Positions 52,081-62,165 of a DNA stretch of 64,000 nucleotides are shown here, piece after piece. The translations under genes were made by a program, and so were the position numbers. Each line of letters opens with the position of its first letter. The stretch's first letter is position 1. The notes under the pieces are model-generated. The model had not been told where the DNA came from and made no database searches. It was given only the letters and a program-made list of their open reading frames with translations. The DNA is from an uncultured Thermoleophilia bacterium (GTDB taxonomy: Bacteria; Actinomycetota; Thermoleophilia; RBG-16-64-13), in assembly GCA_963749535.1 (NCBI GenBank), contig CAVVNF010000014.1:2335-66334 (forward strand), read 5' to 3'.

Positions 52081-52332
52081 ATGGCTAGTCTCAGAGATAA
52101 TGTCAGTTCGACGATGTACGCAGCGATCTCGGCCACCATGAACAAGCCGGTGGCGGAGTTGAGCGACAGCACCGAGATCATTGCCGATTTGGGCGCGAAG
52201 TCGGTCAACTTCGTCAGGATCATCAGCGCTCTCGAGGACGAGTTCGAGCTCGAGATCCCATTCATGGAGTTTCGTCGCAAGAAGACCATCGGCGAAGCGA
52301 TCGACTACATTGTCCAGTTGCACGAATCCTAA
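52081..52332 (+). CDS. Acyl carrier protein with DLGAKSV motif
   Basis: 83 aa; DLGAKSVNFVRIISALEDEFELEIP, TIGEAIDYI. Confidence 0.85.
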   Translation: MASLRDNVSSTMYAAISATMNKPVAELSDSTEIIADLGAKSVNFVRIISALEDEFELEIPFMEFRRKKTIGEAIDYIVQLHES

Positions 52333-52367
52333 CTCTGGCCGACGAAAGGCACATAAGGGGAACGCTC

Positions 52368-54095
52368 ATGACTGACGATGGACGGATCAAGATCAGAGAG
52401 AAGTTCGGAGACGAGGAGATCGAGGTCATTTACAGACCTTCGCCACCGCCGGTGGATCCGATGAACCAGAACCTGGACGGGCTGGGCTTCCACCCGCCAC
52501 TGAACCAGCGCACCTACATTGAAGACGGCATCCGCGTCGACCAAGATGTCCCGGTGAAACTGCGCGACGGCGTCACTATCTATGTCGATATCTACCGCCC
52601 CGACGGCCCGGAGGGATTGACCAACCTTCCCACCATCCTCGCGTGGTGCTTCTTCGGCAAACGCCCGGGTGACAGCCCCAAGACCTGGCAGGCCTTCGGC
52701 GTGCCCCCGGACACCGTCTCGCGCATGGCCCGCTTCGAAGGCCCGGACCCAGCCTATTGGTGCCGCCAGGGCTATGCTGTCGTAAACGCGGACTCTCGCG
52801 GCGCGGGCCACTCGGAGGGCAATCTTGTGGTCTGGGGTGAGCAAGACGGGCGGGATGGAGCGGATACGATAGACTGGATCGGCAGCCAGGTCTGGTCCAA
52901 CGGCAAGGTGGGCATGTTCGGCAACTCGGGGCTGGCCATGTGCCAGTGGTGGATCGCGGCGGAGCAGCCCTCGCATCTGGCCTGCATCGCGCCTTGGGAA
53001 GGCACGGCCGACCTCTATCGCGAGTTCTTGACCGAGAACGGCATTCCCTGTCCGGGCTTCGTCAATTTCGTCATGGGCAACCAGAGCGGGCCCGCCTACA
53101 TCGAGGACTTCGTCGAGATGCTGGCGAAGCACCCGGAGTGGAACGCCTATTGGGAGTCTAAGATCCCCCGTTTTGAGAAGATCCGCATCCCGGCTTACGT
53201 GACAGGGAGCTGGAGCCATCTGCATCTGCGCGGCGCCGTGACCGGCTTCCGCAAGATCCGTTCCCCGAAGAAATGGCTGCGCATCCACCGCGACTTCGAA
53301 TGGCCGGACACCTACGCCTGGTGGAACCAGGAAGACCTCAAGCGTTTCTTCGACCGCTATCTGAAAGGGGTGCGCAACGGGTGGGAGCTCACTCCGCGGG
53401 TGCGCCTGGAGATCATGGACGCCTATGAGTACGACCTCCAGGTGAATCGCCCCGAGAAGGAGTTTCCTCTGGCCCGCACCGTATATGAGAAGCTCTACCT
53501 GGACGCCAGCCGGGGGGCTCTAACAGCCGAGCCGGTCGCCACCGTCGCCAAAGCCGCCTACGATGCAAACGAAGGACTCACTACCTTCGACATCACGTTC
53601 CAGGAGGACATCGAGCTCACCGGCTTCATGAAGGCCCATCTGTGGGTGGAGGCCGAGGGCCACGACGAGATGGACCTGTTCCTTACCGTGATGAAGCTTG
53701 ATGAGAACGGAGAATGGCTGCCCACCATCGTGTTGGGCGAACCTCACCCCGGTGCCTGGGGCAGGCTGCGTGTATCCCACCGGCAACTCGACCCCGACCA
53801 GTCCACCGACTACCAACCGGTGCAGTCGCACCGCGTATCCGAGAAGTTGAGGCCCGGCGAGGTCGTCCTCGTTGAAGTTCCCTTCTATCCCCTGGGCAGG
53901 ATCTGGCACAAGGGCCAGCAGCTACGCCTCCAGATCGCCGGCCACTACATCCGCGAGGGCTGGTTCGAGCCGTTCTCCTGGGACACGGACAACAAGGGCA
54001 ATCACGTGGTCCACACCGGCGGCCAGTACGACTCGTATCTGCAGATCCCGACCGTTCCGCCCAAGTATCGGGCCGGGGACTACATCTACCGGTAG
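52368..54095 (+). CDS. CocE/NonD-family serine hydrolase/acyltransferase
   Basis: LRDGVTIYVDIYRP, DSRGAGHSEG, WSNGKVGMFGNSG, PWEG, GRLRVSHR. Confidence 0.9.
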   Translation: MTDDGRIKIREKFGDEEIEVIYRPSPPPVDPMNQNLDGLGFHPPLNQRTYIEDGIRVDQDVPVKLRDGVTIYVDIYRPDGPEGLTNLPTILAWCFFGKRPGDSPKTWQAFGVPPDTVSRMARFEGPDPAYWCRQGYAVVNADSRGAGHSEGNLVVWGEQDGRDGADTIDWIGSQVWSNGKVGMFGNSGLAMCQWWIAAEQPSHLACIAPWEGTADLYREFLTENGIPCPGFVNFVMGNQSGPAYIEDFVEMLAKHPEWNAYWESKIPRFEKIRIPAYVTGSWSHLHLRGAVTGFRKIRSPKKWLRIHRDFEWPDTYAWWNQEDLKRFFDRYLKGVRNGWELTPRVRLEIMDAYEYDLQVNRPEKEFPLARTVYEKLYLDASRGALTAEPVATVAKAAYDANEGLTTFDITFQEDIELTGFMKAHLWVEAEGHDEMDLFLTVMKLDENGEWLPTIVLGEPHPGAWGRLRVSHRQLDPDQSTDYQPVQSHRVSEKLRPGEVVLVEVPFYPLGRIWHKGQQLRLQIAGHYIREGWFEPFSWDTDNKGNHVVHTGGQYDSYLQIPTVPPKYRAGDYIYR

Positions 54096-54117
54096 GCGCG
54101 GGAAGCTTCGAATATGC

Positions 54118-54150
54118 CGGGCCAAGCCGCCTGGGAGACGGCTTGGCCCG
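54118..54150. terminator. 12-bp hairpin between cocE and acpS
   Basis: CGGGCCAAGCCG-cctgggaga-CGGCTTGGCCCG. Confidence 0.55.
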
Positions 54151-54216
54151 AAAAGCGCGTGAGGGCTGCCAGACTTTGGCCGGCCGGTCCTAGTGTCATG
54201 GGGGGAGGAGTCGCGA

Positions 54217-54612
54217 ATGGCCATGCTCCTAGGGGTAGGAGCCGATATTATACGGGTGGAACGGATCCGCTCCTGCCTCGACTCAGAGCCCTTCATGAAA
54301 GCGACCTTCACCGAAACTGAGATACACCTGGCGAGATCACGGCCTGACCCGGGCGCCTACTACGCCAAGCTGTTCGCCGGCAAGGAGGCGGTCTTCAAGT
54401 GCTTCGGGATGCCGGCGGACTCTCTCGAGTCCTGGCTGGACATCGAGATCGTCGACGGTGAGCACGGCCAGCCGGAGGTGGGCATCCGCGGCTCCCTGGC
54501 CACAGTGGCGGAATCCCGCCGCGTGAAGCGGGTGCTTCTGTCACTCTCGTACGATACTGAATACGCAATGGCGGTCGCCGCCTTGACCGAGGGGGTCGAT
54601 GATGACGGGTGA
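54217..54612 (+). CDS. acpS: Holo-ACP synthase
   Basis: GVGADII, FTETE, FAGKEAVFKC, LSLSYD. Confidence 0.9.
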   Translation: MAMLLGVGADIIRVERIRSCLDSEPFMKATFTETEIHLARSRPDPGAYYAKLFAGKEAVFKCFGMPADSLESWLDIEIVDGEHGQPEVGIRGSLATVAESRRVKRVLLSLSYDTEYAMAVAALTEGVDDDG

Positions 54613-55636
54613 TTTCATGGCTATGCTCGAGAAAAGGGCCCGTGCCAACGTCCAAAAGGTCGTCTTGCCGGAGTCCGAGGAAGAGAACATCCTGAAGGCT
54701 GCTCGCCTGGCCGTGGATGATGGGCTGGCGCTGCCCATCCTTCTGGGCGACCCGGAGCAGCTCGCGGCTCGAGCGGCGGAGTTCGGTCTCACCCTCGACG
54801 GGATGGAGATCATCAATCTGGGGGACCCCGTTGCGCTGGCCGAGCTTGCCGAGCAGTGCACGGCTTTGCATCCTGAGATCTCCGCAAAGGGGGCGGAGCG
54901 GAAGATGCGCACCCCGCTGAACGCAGCGGCGATGCTGGTCGCCGCCGGCCGGGCCGATGCGTTGGTCGTGGGGTTGCAGCACGCCACTCAGGACGTGATC
55001 CTCGCGAGCATGACCTTCATCGGCATGGAAGAGGGCATCTCGGTGCCGTCGAGCCTGTTCCTCATGCGGGTCCCCGGCTACGAGGGCCCAGAGGGCGAGC
55101 TCATCGTCTTCGCCGATTGCGCGGTGGCGGTGGCTCCGGATGCGGCCGAGCTTGCCGACATCGCCATAGCCACGGCCCATACTGTGCGGGCCTTGCTGGG
55201 CTGGGAGCCCCGGGTAGCGATGCTTTCCTTCTCTACCAAAGGCAGCGGAGACCACGAGTCGGTGGATCGAGTGCTCGAAGCCCTCAAGATGGTCCGGGAG
55301 CGCGAACCCGACCTGGTCATCGACGGGGAGCTACAGGTGGACGCGGCCATCGTCCCGGCGGTGGCGGCGCGCAAGGTCCCTGAGGGCAGTGCTGTGGCCG
55401 GCCGCGCGAACGTCCTCATCTTTCCCGACCTCAACTCCGGCAACATCGCCTACAAATGCGTGCAGCGGTTCGCCAAGGCCGATGCCTTCGGTCCGCTCCT
55501 GCAGGGGTTCGCCAAGACGGCGAGCGATCTCTCCCGAGGCTCGTCGGTGGCCGACATCCTGGGCGCGGTTACCATGGCCGCCGCTCGCGCTCAAGGCCTG
55601 AAAGCTGAGGCTGGTGGGAGAGAAAAAGGGAAGTGA
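54599..55636 (+). CDS. pta: Phosphate acyltransferase (PTA/PTB family)
   Basis: VLPESEE, FADCAV, VAMLSFSTKGS, DGELQVDAA, FPDLNSGNIAYK, DLSRG. Confidence 0.92.
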   Translation: MMTGDFMAMLEKRARANVQKVVLPESEEENILKAARLAVDDGLALPILLGDPEQLAARAAEFGLTLDGMEIINLGDPVALAELAEQCTALHPEISAKGAERKMRTPLNAAAMLVAAGRADALVVGLQHATQDVILASMTFIGMEEGISVPSSLFLMRVPGYEGPEGELIVFADCAVAVAPDAAELADIAIATAHTVRALLGWEPRVAMLSFSTKGSGDHESVDRVLEALKMVREREPDLVIDGELQVDAAIVPAVAARKVPEGSAVAGRANVLIFPDLNSGNIAYKCVQRFAKADAFGPLLQGFAKTASDLSRGSSVADILGAVTMAAARAQGLKAEAGGREKGK

Positions 55637-56855
55637 AAGTCCTTGTTCTGAACTGCGGCAGCTCCTCCATCAAGTATCAGCTCAATGACGCCGCCGCGCG
55701 CGTGGTGCTGGCGCGGGGCATCGTCAGCCGCATCGGCGAGAAGAGCGGGCGGATGGACTTCGAAGCCAGGGGGGCGTCGTCCAGCCGAGAGGTGGTCGTG
55801 CCGGACCATGGGCGCGGACTCGAGCTCATCCTGGAGGCGCTGGTGGGCCCGGGGACCGGAGTACTGACGGACGTTTCGGAGGTCTCTGCGGTGGGTCACC
55901 GCGTCGTGCATGGCGGTAGCTTCTTCAGCAGCCCGGCTCTCATCACTTCAGACGTCATCGACAAGATCCAAGAGTGTGTGCCATTGGCCCCCTTGCACAA
56001 TCCGCCCATCCTGGTGGGGATCCGCGAGGCCATGCGGATACTGCCCGAACACCCCCCAGGTCGCGGTCTTCGACACGGCCTTCCACGCCAACATGCCGCC
56101 CCGGGCCTACACGTACGCCCTGCCAGTTGCGTACCGGGGCGAATACGGCGTGCGTCGCTACGGCTTTCACGGCAGCTCCTTCGAATACGTGAGCCGTCGG
56201 GCGGAGGTCTTGCTCGGCCGGCCTCTGCTCCGAGATGAAGATGATCATCGCCCATCTCGGCAACGGCGCCAGCATCACTGCCGTCGACGGCGGGCACTCC
56301 GTCGACACCAGCATGGGCATGACCCCGCTCGAAGGACTGGTAATGGGCACGCGCTCGGGCGATGTCGACCCTGGCATCGTGCTTTACATGATGCAGCAAC
56401 TCGGCTTCTCGGCGAGCGACGTGGACCGGGTCCTCAACCGGGAGAGCGGCCTCCGTGGCCTTTCCGGGGTGAGCAACGACATGCGCGACGTGCTGCGCGG
56501 CGCCGCGGCCGGCGATGAGCACTGCCGGCTTGCTCTGGACGTCTACGGTTACCGTCTGAAGAAATACATCGGGGCCTTCGCCGCCGCCATGGGAGGGCTC
56601 GACGCTCTGATCTTCACGGCCGGCGTCGGAGAGAACGGGGCGCAGATCCGGGCCGCGGCCTGCGAGGCTTTGTCGTTTCTGGGCATCGAGATCGACATCG
56701 CCGCCAATACCGCGGTGATCGGGGTGGAGGGCGATATAGGCGCCCCTGGCTCGAAAGTGCGTGTGCTGGTCGTGCCCACGGACGAAGAGCAATTGATCGC
56801 CGAGGAGACGATGGCAGTCGTGGTCGCGCAGGTCCCGGAGACTTCCGGCGGATGA
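55633..56855 (+). CDS. ackA: Acetate kinase, frameshifted
   Basis: [54 protein letters not shown]. Confidence 0.93.
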
Positions 56856-56895
56856 CGGCCAGGGACAGGGGTTCGATAGCGGATCCAGGGGGTCG

Positions 56896-57397
56896 GTGGT
56901 GAATCGAAAAGTGATCGGCGCGCAGAATGTGAGCCGCATGTGCATCGTCTGCGGCGTCGAGAACGCGGCTGGTCTCAAGGGCCGTTTCTACGAGCTCGAA
57001 GGCGACGAGCTGCTCGGCATCTTCACTCCCCAGGTGGAACACCAGGGCTATCCCGGCCGGTTGCATGGCGGCGTAGCCTCGATGGTGCTGGACGAGACAA
57101 TGGGAAGAGCCGTTAACCTCGAGGACCGGGACGCCTGGGGAGTCACGTTACAGCTCTCGGTGAAGTACCGGAAACCTGTACCGCTGGACCAGGACATCCG
57201 CGTCATTGCCCGCATCACTAAAGATTCGGGTCGGATGTTCGAAGGGAACCGGGGAGATCGTCCTCGAAGACGGCACCGTTGCCGTTGAAGCTCACGGCAA
57301 GTACCTCCGACTGCCCATCGACCGCATCGTCGAAGGCGGCTTCAGCTCCGACTGGTTCGCGGACGCGCGGGAAGCGCCCGACGAGGTGGAGCTGTAA
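56896..57397 (+). CDS. PaaI/hotdog thioesterase (frameshift ~57245)
   Basis: CIVCGVEN, HQGYPGRLHGGVASMVLDETMG. Confidence 0.85.
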
Positions 57398-57975
57398 TGA
57401 CCCGCTGCGCGTGGGCGGGGGACGAACCCTTGTATGTCGATTACCACGACACCGAGTGGGGCGTGCCGGTCCACGACGACCGCCTGCTCTTCGAGTTCCT
57501 TGTGCTGGAAGGAGCGCAGGCCGGCTTGAGTTGGCTGACGATCCTGCGCAAACGCGAGGGTTACAGGAAGGCCTTCGCTGGGTTCGAGCCGGAGCGGGTC
57601 GCCGCGTTCGGTGCGCACGATGTCGAACGTCTGCTCGCGGATCCGGGCATCATCCGTAACCGGCTCAAGGTGGAGTCGGCGGTATCCAACGCTCGCGCCC
57701 TGCTCTTAGTGCAAGAGGAGTTCGGCAGCTTCGATGCATACAGCTGGCAGTTCGTGGGAGGCCGGACCATCCACAACGAATGGCGGACGATGGAGCAGAT
57801 CCCCGCGAAGACGCCTGAGGCCGAGGCCATGAGCCGGGATCTCAAGCGGCGGGGCTTCCGCTTCGTGGGGCCCACGATCTGCTACGCGCACATGCAGGCG
57901 ACAGGCATGGTGAACGACCATACCGTCGATTGCTTCCGGTGGGCGGAACTGAAAGGAGAAGCCGGTAGCCGGTAG
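57397..57975 (+). CDS. tag: DNA-3-methyladenine glycosylase I
   Basis: RCAW, YHDTEWG, LEGAQAGLSW, GFRFVGPTICY, VNDH. Confidence 0.95.
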   Translation: MTRCAWAGDEPLYVDYHDTEWGVPVHDDRLLFEFLVLEGAQAGLSWLTILRKREGYRKAFAGFEPERVAAFGAHDVERLLADPGIIRNRLKVESAVSNARALLLVQEEFGSFDAYSWQFVGGRTIHNEWRTMEQIPAKTPEAEAMSRDLKRRGFRFVGPTICYAHMQATGMVNDHTVDCFRWAELKGEAGSR

Positions 57976-58109
57976 CCGAGCCGCCCGGAGGCGGGCGACC
58001 CGAAGTCGGTGGTTCGAGGCCGCCGACCAAGAGGCAGGCGACCGGCAGCCGACCGACCGGGCTGGGGCGCGTCGGAGCCGAACGATGACGACAGCGGAAA
58101 GGGGCGTCG

Positions 58110-58694
58110 ATGACCAAGACGGCTGAAGAGCTCTACCAGGAACGTATGCGCCGACTCCAGACGGCCGTGCACCTGGGCACGCCGGACCGGGTTCCGCTCT
58201 CCCTTGTCATGGACGCGTTCGCTGCTCGCGTCACGGGCGTGAAGCTGTCCGATTTCGTGAACGACATGGATGTAGCCGGCTAGGCCATGCTGGACGCGAT
58301 GGAGCTGCTGGGCGACGTCGACTCCATCCAATTTGCCACTTATCAGCCGGCCGTTTTGGGAGTGCAAGCCGCCCTGGGCGCGATCATGGTCGAGAAGCGA
58401 GAGCAAGCGCGTCAACTTGTGCGCGCTGTCGGACCCACGGGCTACTGGGTGGGAGGCTGGCGTACGGCGCCGGAATTCCTTGCTCCTAAATTCTGGGACC
58501 GCTTCGTCTGGCCGTATCTAAAGGAACTCGTGGAGATCGTTGCCGAAGAAGGGGGCACGCCGGATGAGGTCCATGCCTACTTCAAGCGGCTTATCAACGA
58601 GGTCGGCGCCGGCGCCCTCCTCGCCCAGGGCTGCGCCATCCCGCCCGACGCCAAGCTCGAGAATGTCCGCTCCATGGTCGACGCGGTGCAGTGA
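58110..58694 (+). pseudogene. Uroporphyrinogen decarboxylase/MtaA-family protein with in-frame TAG and internal deletions
   Basis: PDRVP, TAG at 58281-58283, FWDRFVWPYLKELV, GTPDEV, GCAIPPDAKLENV; only ~195 codons. Confidence 0.7.
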
Positions 58695-58917
58695 TCGTGC
58701 CGGAAGTGCCGCTGAGCAGATGCCCACCAAGGAGACAACGCCAATGAACCGCGCATTTGATAACGTCGCCCCTTACGGTTCGTTTCAAAATGAAGCTTTG
58801 GCAGCCGACTCAGCGCCACCAGCTACGCGGCCGACCGGTCATCGACGGCAGCCGACCGACCATCGCCGAACGTGCCGCTTCCGGGCGCGTCGTTCGTATG
58901 GCTCCGTCAGATGACCA

Positions 58918-59837
58918 TCACGACCGAGTGAGCACGGCTTTGCCGCGCACCCGGCGCTCGCGCAACGCGTCGAGGACCTCGAGCGTGTCCTTCCAATTGC
59001 GTACCAGGCCTAGCAGCGGCTTGACCCGACCGTCGGCCACCAAGTCCACCAGAACAGCCAGGTCCTCCCCGCGGGTCTCCTCCGGATAACCATGGAAGAG
59101 CGGGACGACCTTGCAGGAGGGTCCTCGCGGGAAATCCAGCAGCCCCAACGGCGCCGATCCGCCCAGCGTGCCGTAGGTGACCGCCGTGCCTCCCGGATTC
59201 AGATGATGCACCGAGTCGGCGAGCACCTGGCCGCCGATCCCGTCGAGGATCAGGTCGAACTTGCCCAGCCCACGTCATCGAGCGAGGTGGCTACTTTGTG
59301 TGCGCCATATGCTCGGGCTTCCGCCTCCCTCTCCGGCCCTACCACCAGAGCCGTGACGTGCGCGCCGGCCGCCGCGGCGAGCTGCATCGCGAACTGGCCC
59401 ACCCCGCCGGTTGCGCCGGTCACGAGCACCCGCTTGCCCAGGAGTGACTCGCCCAGGCGGATGGCCCGCACCGCCGTGATCCCGGCGATGGGCAATGAGG
59501 CTGCCTCCTCGAAAGACACGTTCTCCGGCAAGGCGACCGCAAGATGTGACGGCACCGCCACCCGTTCCGCCCAGCATTCCCAATCCACCACGCCAACCAC
59601 ACGGGTTCCGACAGCCGGCCCGGTGCCGTCTTCCGCGCCACGGACGACGACGCCTGCCAGATCTTGACCCGGCCTCCAGCCGTCCGGCCGCATCTTCAGA
59701 AGGAACAGCTCGCCGCGATTGATCGAGTACGCCCGCACCTCCACCAGCAGTTCGTTCGCCGCCGGCTTGGGTTCGGGCAGGTCGTCGGCAAGGCGCAACC
59801 CGCCGGGCACTGCAGGGTCGGTGATGTATCCCTTCAT
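58918..59837 (-). CDS. MDR-family quinone oxidoreductase-like protein, frameshifted
   Basis: SINRGE, PGQDLAG, LPIAGITA, VTGATGGVG, GKAVL. Confidence 0.85.
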
Positions 59838-60124
59838 CGGTCCTCCCTTTCTTGGTATCAGCTATAGGATGTCGTCGGGTCGGTCACGAACTCCTCGAGT
59901 CCATCCAGGATGGCGAAGTTCTCGATCCAGCTAAGTCCCATCAGGCTCCTTGCTCAGAGACGTGGTCCATCATACCGCCCGGCCGAGCGACCTTCATCCG
60001 TGCGAGCCGTGGCTCAGGCTCAAGCTTGACGGTGTTCCCCTTCCCAGCTATGAGTTAATCAATGCTGACTAATTCTTGTGTTGTTCCCTTAATGCACCGA
60101 GAACTTGGAATGGAGTGTGAGGCC

Positions 60125-60793
60125 ATGTCTGCGAGCGAGACCGCGGGAGTCAACGCGGGAAACGAGCACATGAACGTTATTGACGACGACGATCTGCCTA
60201 TTATTGTCCTGCCCGGGCCGACGACTTCCGGCGGCATGCCGCTACTGGACGCGCTCCGCACTCGTAGGTCCTCGAGGAAGTTCGGCACGACGGACGTGCC
60301 ACTCCAAGAGCTTGCCAACCTGCTGTGGGCGGCATTCGGTCTGAGCCGGCCCGACCAGGGGCGCGGGATCCAAGCGCCTGGCAGCCACACCGCCCCGGTG
60401 GCGCACAACTGGCAGGAGATCGACATCTATGTCGCCATCCGCGACGGGCTTTATCTGTACGAGCCAGAACCGCACCTTCTCCGACCAGTCCTCGCGGCCG
60501 ACATCAGGCCTTTCACCGCTCACGCGGTTCAACCCTTCGTGCTGGACGCTCCCCTCGACCTCATCTATGTGGCCGACCTGGCTCGAATGGAGGACGCCTC
60601 TGAGTGGGACAAGAGCGTCTTTCCGTGGGCCGACACCTCGTTCATTTCCGAGAACGTCTATCTGTACTGCGCGAGTGCCGGCCTAGCGACGATAGTGCGC
60701 GCCCTATTCGATCGTCCGGGGCTTTCGCGGGCCATGCGGCTGAGGCCGACCCAGTTGGTGACCTTCTCCCAACCGATCGGGTACGCAGGCTAG
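60125..60793 (+). CDS. Nitroreductase/SagB-ThcOx family oxidoreductase
   Basis: RRSSRKF, LANLLWAAFG, TAP.AHNWQE, ENVYLYCASAGL. Confidence 0.85.
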   Translation: MSASETAGVNAGNEHMNVIDDDDLPIIVLPGPTTSGGMPLLDALRTRRSSRKFGTTDVPLQELANLLWAAFGLSRPDQGRGIQAPGSHTAPVAHNWQEIDIYVAIRDGLYLYEPEPHLLRPVLAADIRPFTAHAVQPFVLDAPLDLIYVADLARMEDASEWDKSVFPWADTSFISENVYLYCASAGLATIVRALFDRPGLSRAMRLRPTQLVTFSQPIGYAG

Positions 60794-60994
60794 TGTGGCA
60801 GCGCGTGGCATTTCGCCGACCTCGGAGGCGGAGAAGCCGGTGGTCACTTCATTTCACCCGAGGTATCTCCATGTGCCCCAGAAGCTCAAGCGCCCGGCTG
60901 AGCAACCGGCAAAGACGCGGACCCGGCATGTGCGCTCATGATGCCGCGTGCGCGGGGCTCACCTGACAGTCTGGGCTGGTATCTGCCTTGGCCT

Positions 60995-61933
60995 CTACTC
61001 GTCTAGCGCCGGAGGAGTCTCCGGCTTGCGCGTCGCCACTTCCTGGATCAGTTCCTCATATGGGGCGATTCGGGAGTCGATATCGACCTCTCCACTCATG
61101 GCTGCCAGCGCGGCCAACCATAGCCACAGATGAAGTCTCACCGTGTCTGCCCTGGTGATTCGCTCATCCCAGGATGCTCTCATGCTGGCGGCGTGGTGCG
61201 CCCCGATCAAGCTGTAGCACAAAAGGTCGAGAGAAATAGGAGGAGGGGGAGACCCAGGCGGCCTGACGCTTTCAAATTCTATCTTGATCCGGGCGACGAC
61301 GTCTTCCCACGCCTGCTCCGAGAGTCTGTGCTTTTCAGCCTCGCTCAGCGAATGGTCGGAATCGATCTGCGCCAAGACCTGCGAGCCGAATTCGTTAGCT
61401 CGATGGTCGGCCAAGAGACGCCACAATAGCCTCTCACCCAGGTCCTCGGTCTCGGTCAACTTGGGTTCCACAAAGGCAAGGTTCCACGAAAGGAACGTCT
61501 CGAAGGACTCCACGAATAGTTGCAGCTTGCTCGGAAAGTGGCTGTAGAAGACCTGCGAGGTAATACCGAGCCTCCGGATTATCGTCGCGATGTGGGTCTC
61601 CTTGTACCCCTTGGCGGCGAACTCTTCGGTGGCGACCCGCAGTATGGCTCGGCGCATCCGCTCGTTTTCCTGACCGGCGAGATCCACGTCGTTCGTGCTT
61701 GCCCTGGCCAAGTCCGGCGCCAACTCGGCCTTGATCTCCGCCAGGGAGCGGCCGGCCTTCTTGAGTTTCGCAGTCCGCTTCAGAAGCCGCACATGGTCTT
61801 CTGTGTACAGGGAGCGGCCGGCCGCAGTCTTTTGGGGTGCGGGGAGCAGACCTTCTCGGACGTAGAAGTGGACGGTGCTGCGAGAGACTCCCGTCTCCTT
61901 CTCAAGCGTGGATATTGTCAGCGCTTCGGCGAT
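60995..61933 (-). CDS. MerR-HTH fused to TetR-family regulator; apparent ATC start
   Basis: LTISTLEKETGVSRSTVHFYVREGLLP (MerR) in frame with ILRVATEEFAAKGY...FYSHFPSK (TetR); GGAGGG 7 nt before ATC. Confidence 0.8.
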   Translation of the reverse strand: MAEALTISTLEKETGVSRSTVHFYVREGLLPAPQKTAAGRSLYTEDHVRLLKRTAKLKKAGRSLAEIKAELAPDLARASTNDVDLAGQENERMRRAILRVATEEFAAKGYKETHIATIIRRLGITSQVFYSHFPSKLQLFVESFETFLSWNLAFVEPKLTETEDLGERLLWRLLADHRANEFGSQVLAQIDSDHSLSEAEKHRLSEQAWEDVVARIKIEFESVRPPGSPPPPISLDLLCYSLIGAHHAASMRASWDERITRADTVRLHLWLWLAALAAMSGEVDIDSRIAPYEELIQEVATRKPETPPALDE

Positions 61934-62078
61934 GGTCGTTCCCTCCGCGGGTCTCGGATTCTTCCGGGCTGGCCCCGCACATCATGGTCTGCAGAAGGGC
62001 AGCCTGCTTGACCAGTCTGCGGGTTGTTCCAGCTCGAGATCAGCCGCTCTTCACAACTTACTATAACAACAAAGGTCG

Positions 62079-62108
62079 TTGACAAGAATGGTCACAGTCT
62101 TATAGCAT
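62079..62108 (+). promoter_or_regulatory. Candidate promoter of the liv-type operon
   Basis: TTGACA followed by TATAGC (16 bp spacer) or TAGCAT (18 bp spacer). Confidence 0.45.
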
Positions 62109-62165
62109 GGCCGATACTGTCCCCGCCCACCGCCGGGGCCTAGAGCTGTCCGCAAGGGGGAATCA

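Noticed and set aside
52081-57397. PKS/NRPS or fatty-acid biosynthetic cluster
   Set aside because: No ketosynthase, adenylation, condensation or acyl-ACP ligase gene is present
58281-58283. Pyrrolysine readthrough of the TAG in the URO-D-like gene
   Set aside because: Not a methylamine methyltransferase family, and the gene also has large deletions
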